Origin: a virus
Lineage: Duplodnaviria; Caudoviricetes
Virus record (IMG/VR): IMGVR_UViG_3300036760_000357
Coordinates: 1-25,664 of that record
Direction: 5' to 3' (one strand)
Length of the DNA: 25,664 bases
Shown here: one piece after another, positions 23,604 to 25,664 of the stretch
How the letters are laid out: the number at the start of each line of letters is the position of its first letter
Position numbering within the stretch: position 1 is the stretch's first letter
Notes under the pieces: model-generated
Told to the model about the DNA's origin: nothing
The model's database searches: none
What the model saw: only the letters and a program-made list of their open reading frames with translations
Translations under genes and position numbers: made by a program

Positions 23604-24060
23604 AATGACTATTAATTTTTGATTTCAATCTAAATTCTGAACCCGTACACGATTTTTCCGTACTGCCCGCACGGTCATGGTTTGAAATGGAATTAGCATT
23701 TTCAACCCCCTTACCCCGGGGATTGCCAAAACCTCCTCCGACCTTAGCCGTATGTTGGCTATGATGATGCTTACAAAAAGAACGTAGATTATCCCAATCA
23801 TTCGTCCCGCCATCCTGGATAGGTATCACATGATCGACTTCATTTGCTTTACGCCCACAATTCACACACCAGGGGTGGGCCTTCAAATATGCATCTCGTA
23901 TCTGTTGCCACTCAGCATCATAGCCACGCTGGGCAGCAGGAGGCCTGTTACTATCGACTGCCTGTTGCCGCTCACGCAGATGCTGGGGACAGTAGCGATC
24001 TTTGCCATTTATCAGCTCGGGGCAACCTATAATTGGGCAAACACGTGCTGCTCTTGGCAT
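23587..24060 (-). CDS. Packaging-associated HNH endonuclease (HK97 gp74-like)
   Basis: Likely start MPRAARVC at 24060 (TGATG overlap). Motifs 'RGY...W...R...L..HPWC..CG...VDHVIP...GG.N...NL...C..HHS'. Confidence 0.88.
   Translation of the reverse strand: MPRAARVCPIIGCPELINGKDRYCPQHLRERQQAVDSNRPPAAQRGYDAEWQQIRDAYLKAHPWCVNCGRKANEVDHVIPIQDGGTNDWDNLRSFCKHHHSQHTAKVGGGFGNPRGKGVENANSISNHDRAGSTEKSCTGSEFRLKSKINSHYEQNN
23641..23722 (-). other. Probable cos / packaging initiation region
   Basis: G-runs followed by a GC box and an A-run (CCCCGGGGTAAGGGGGTTGAAAAT...GACCGTGCGGGCAGTACGGAAAAATCGTGTACGGG), at the 3' end of the HNH gene and upstream of terS, the usual cos position in HNH-assisted phages. Confidence 0.45.
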
Positions 24061-24782
24061 CACCCCTCCAAATTCCATCCATGAGCATGAGCTTGTGTCT
24101 CAAGGATAGAGACACGCTCTTCAAGGGTCTTGGTCTGAGGTAATGGAGTACCACACCACTTCATCAGATCTTCATAAGTCCCATTGAACCAATTCAAATC
24201 CATCTCCACAGCTTCAGCGCCGAACATTTTGCCATTGCCTTTGGCGGTGTATTGCCATATTGCATAGTCTATCCAGGGCGCAGGGATGGCTGGCTTTAGT
24301 ACACCGTAGTTGGCAATCCATAGCCTGTACTTACGCCATGCGACATTATTATTGCCAAACTCGGCCCAATAAGCAGGACTGGTGTATATCATTGGTACTC
24401 TGTTAGTAGTCTTCTCCACATATTGGAGCCAATTCCAAAGATGACCATTGGCAACGCTTCGAGCAGGAACGTTATTGCGGTCTTCAAAATCTATCACCGG
24501 CGTTATCTCAGGATCATCGCCTTTACCATAGACCACATCTACGAAGTGCTTGGCTTGGTCAAGTCCCGGACATGTCCAATCTATCCAATGGAATACGCCA
24601 CGAGGCATGATGCCCTTGCAGTCAGCCCAAGATATTTGAAACACCCTATCCACATGGGTCTTGCCCTGGGTAGACTTGAAGATGCAGAAGTTGGCTCCTG
24701 CCATCTTCATCTGATTGAAGTCTATTTCTTTGGGAGTCTCAGGATTATCTTCCCAATGTGAGATATCAGTTCCGAGTATCAT
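24060..24782 (-). CDS. Endolysin, GH25 muramidase
   Basis: Likely start MILGTDISHW at 24782 (ATGA overlap). Motifs D.S.W, KSTQG, IDFE, MIYT, LWIANY, WQYT and DLN.F. Confidence 0.92.
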   Translation of the reverse strand: MILGTDISHWEDNPETPKEIDFNQMKMAGANFCIFKSTQGKTHVDRVFQISWADCKGIMPRGVFHWIDWTCPGLDQAKHFVDVVYGKGDDPEITPVIDFEDRNNVPARSVANGHLWNWLQYVEKTTNRVPMIYTSPAYWAEFGNNNVAWRKYRLWIANYGVLKPAIPAPWIDYAIWQYTAKGNGKMFGAEAVEMDLNWFNGTYEDLMKWCGTPLPQTKTLEERVSILETQAHAHGWNLEG

Positions 24783-25159
24783 TTGAATATCACCAATGCT
24801 TGACCTGTCACTAATAGAATGATTACTGCCACCAATATGGTTGTGAACACACCCAAAAACCATTTTGATATCGTCTTCATCGTATCAATGCTATTCTTTA
24901 AGTTTTCTATCGATTTTGCTTGTGTATTTATTAGTTCCGCCAGTCTTTTAAGTTCCTTTTGATGTTCATCAGTAGTCGTTTCCAAAAGTTCGATGCGCTT
25001 ATCAAACATCGGTGTGGTTTTATCTCCTGCCCTTTCTAAACAGCGAATGCGCTCCTCGTACGCAACGAGCAGCGATTTAATATCATTAATCCGCTCGCCT
25101 AATCCCACTAATTCGGTTTGGAGCGCCGCATTACTGACTTTGCCTTCACTACCTACCAT
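24779..25159 (-). CDS. Coiled-coil protein with C-terminal membrane anchor (XhlA-like lysis accessory)
   Basis: Long heptad region followed by 'KWFLGVFTTILVAVIILLV'. Lies between the holin-like gene and the endolysin. Confidence 0.6.
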   Translation of the reverse strand: MVGSEGKVSNAALQTELVGLGERINDIKSLLVAYEERIRCLERAGDKTTPMFDKRIELLETTTDEHQKELKRLAELINTQAKSIENLKNSIDTMKTISKWFLGVFTTILVAVIILLVTGQALVIFK

Positions 25160-25171
25160 AACCGCCTCCTA

Positions 25172-25555
25172 TTATGGAGGCTCCGGTATCACTCCGCCAT
25201 CACGCAATACACCTATCTCCTTGAAACTGTCGAATAAGCTTTTCAGTATGCTAAGAACTATGGTTGTATACATTCCGTAAGCAAATACTGCCAATGAGTT
25301 TCCGACAATTGGTGGCAAGGATCCTGCGGGCAATAATTCAGCTGGGATATAACTGAGTATCGCTATCACTAACCACGCCAATATTGGTAAGACGTCAGTG
25401 TTTAGATAATGAAGCAAGTAATCCCATTTGAAGGTTTTACTTACTATAGCGATGACCACCCCAATCAGAAAATCGAAGAAAGTTATCAATAGGAGCACTG
25501 CCAGTAATGGAAATATGGCTGCCCAGATTATAGATAAAGCGGGAAATGGGTTCAT
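25172..25555 (-). CDS. Holin-like membrane protein
   Basis: 127 aa with 3-4 hydrophobic helices and a 'DFLIGV..AI..K.F.W' motif. First gene of the lysis cassette, with an AAGGAG SD. Confidence 0.65.
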   Translation of the reverse strand: MNPFPALSIIWAAIFPLLAVLLLITFFDFLIGVVIAIVSKTFKWDYLLHYLNTDVLPILAWLVIAILSYIPAELLPAGSLPPIVGNSLAVFAYGMYTTIVLSILKSLFDSFKEIGVLRDGGVIPEPP

Positions 25556-25574
25556 TTCATTCTCCTTTTCTAGT

Positions 25575-25621
25575 TAAATAGAAGCCGGGGCCGCACCAGC
25601 TTTCGCTGATTGCGGCCCCGG
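25575..25621 (-). terminator. Terminator-like hairpin in the late-operon leader
   Basis: CCGGGGCCGCA-AU-CAGC-GAAA-GCUG-G-UGCGGCCCCGG followed by CUUCUAUUUA. Confidence 0.55.
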
Positions 25622-25664
25622 TGGGTTTACACTCGGCCAGGCCGAATTAATCTAATTCATTATA

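Larger units (their letters stand above)
1..25664 (-). mobile_element. Temperate siphovirus / prophage (late region plus integrase start)
   Basis: Complete co-oriented lysis-packaging-head-tail gene set with no sheath gene, plus an integrase 5' end. No host genes or att sites are recognisable. Confidence 0.93.

Noticed and set aside
1100-25280. Numerous plus-strand and alternative-frame ORFs (e.g. 7130-7678, 13821-14282, 15409-15879, 22265-22936)
   Set aside because: They are shadows of well-supported minus-strand phage genes, with no recognisable motifs.
25553-25570. Holin dual-start (holin/antiholin) motif ATGAAATG
   Set aside because: The two ATGs are 5 nt apart, so they are out of frame, and the first is too close to the SD.
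1-25664. Stop-codon reassignment
   Set aside because: Genes are full length in the standard code, and TAA, TGA and TAG all terminate genes at sensible positions.

Overview
The window is almost entirely the late (lysis, packaging, head, tail) region of a temperate HK97-fold siphovirus or prophage, encoded on the minus strand. Read right to left: structured leader, holin-like protein, XhlA-like protein, GH25 endolysin, packaging HNH with probable cos region, inserted His-Me (homing-type) endonuclease, terS, terL, small Sm-fold-like protein, portal-MuF fusion, prohead protease with an extra domain, and major capsid. Next come a glycosyltransferase / methyltransferase / methyltransferase-glycosyltransferase cassette, an HhH protein, head-tail genes, tail tube, frameshifted tail chaperones, a three-gene repeat-fibre module, tape measure, distal tail, hub, CBM-bearing tail fibre and a small coiled-coil gene. 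At the left end are an opposite-strand lipoprotein and the 5' end of a tyrosine integrase (missing from the ORF track) with a LexA-like box over its promoter. The most notable system is the cassette directly after the capsid gene: 2 GT and 2 MT domains, translationally coupled to virion genes. It looks like a virion glycosylation and glycan methylation system, and the MT-GT fusion shares a ~19-aa terminal motif with the neighbouring post-capsid protein (a possible docking tag). Other highlights are a duplicated GNRA-capped hairpin before the capsid gene and several other RNA-level control elements. All calls come from motif recognition by eye; no searches were run. The host is undetermined (the GAAC-N4-GTTC-type box would fit Chloroflexota, Bacillota or Actinomycetota).
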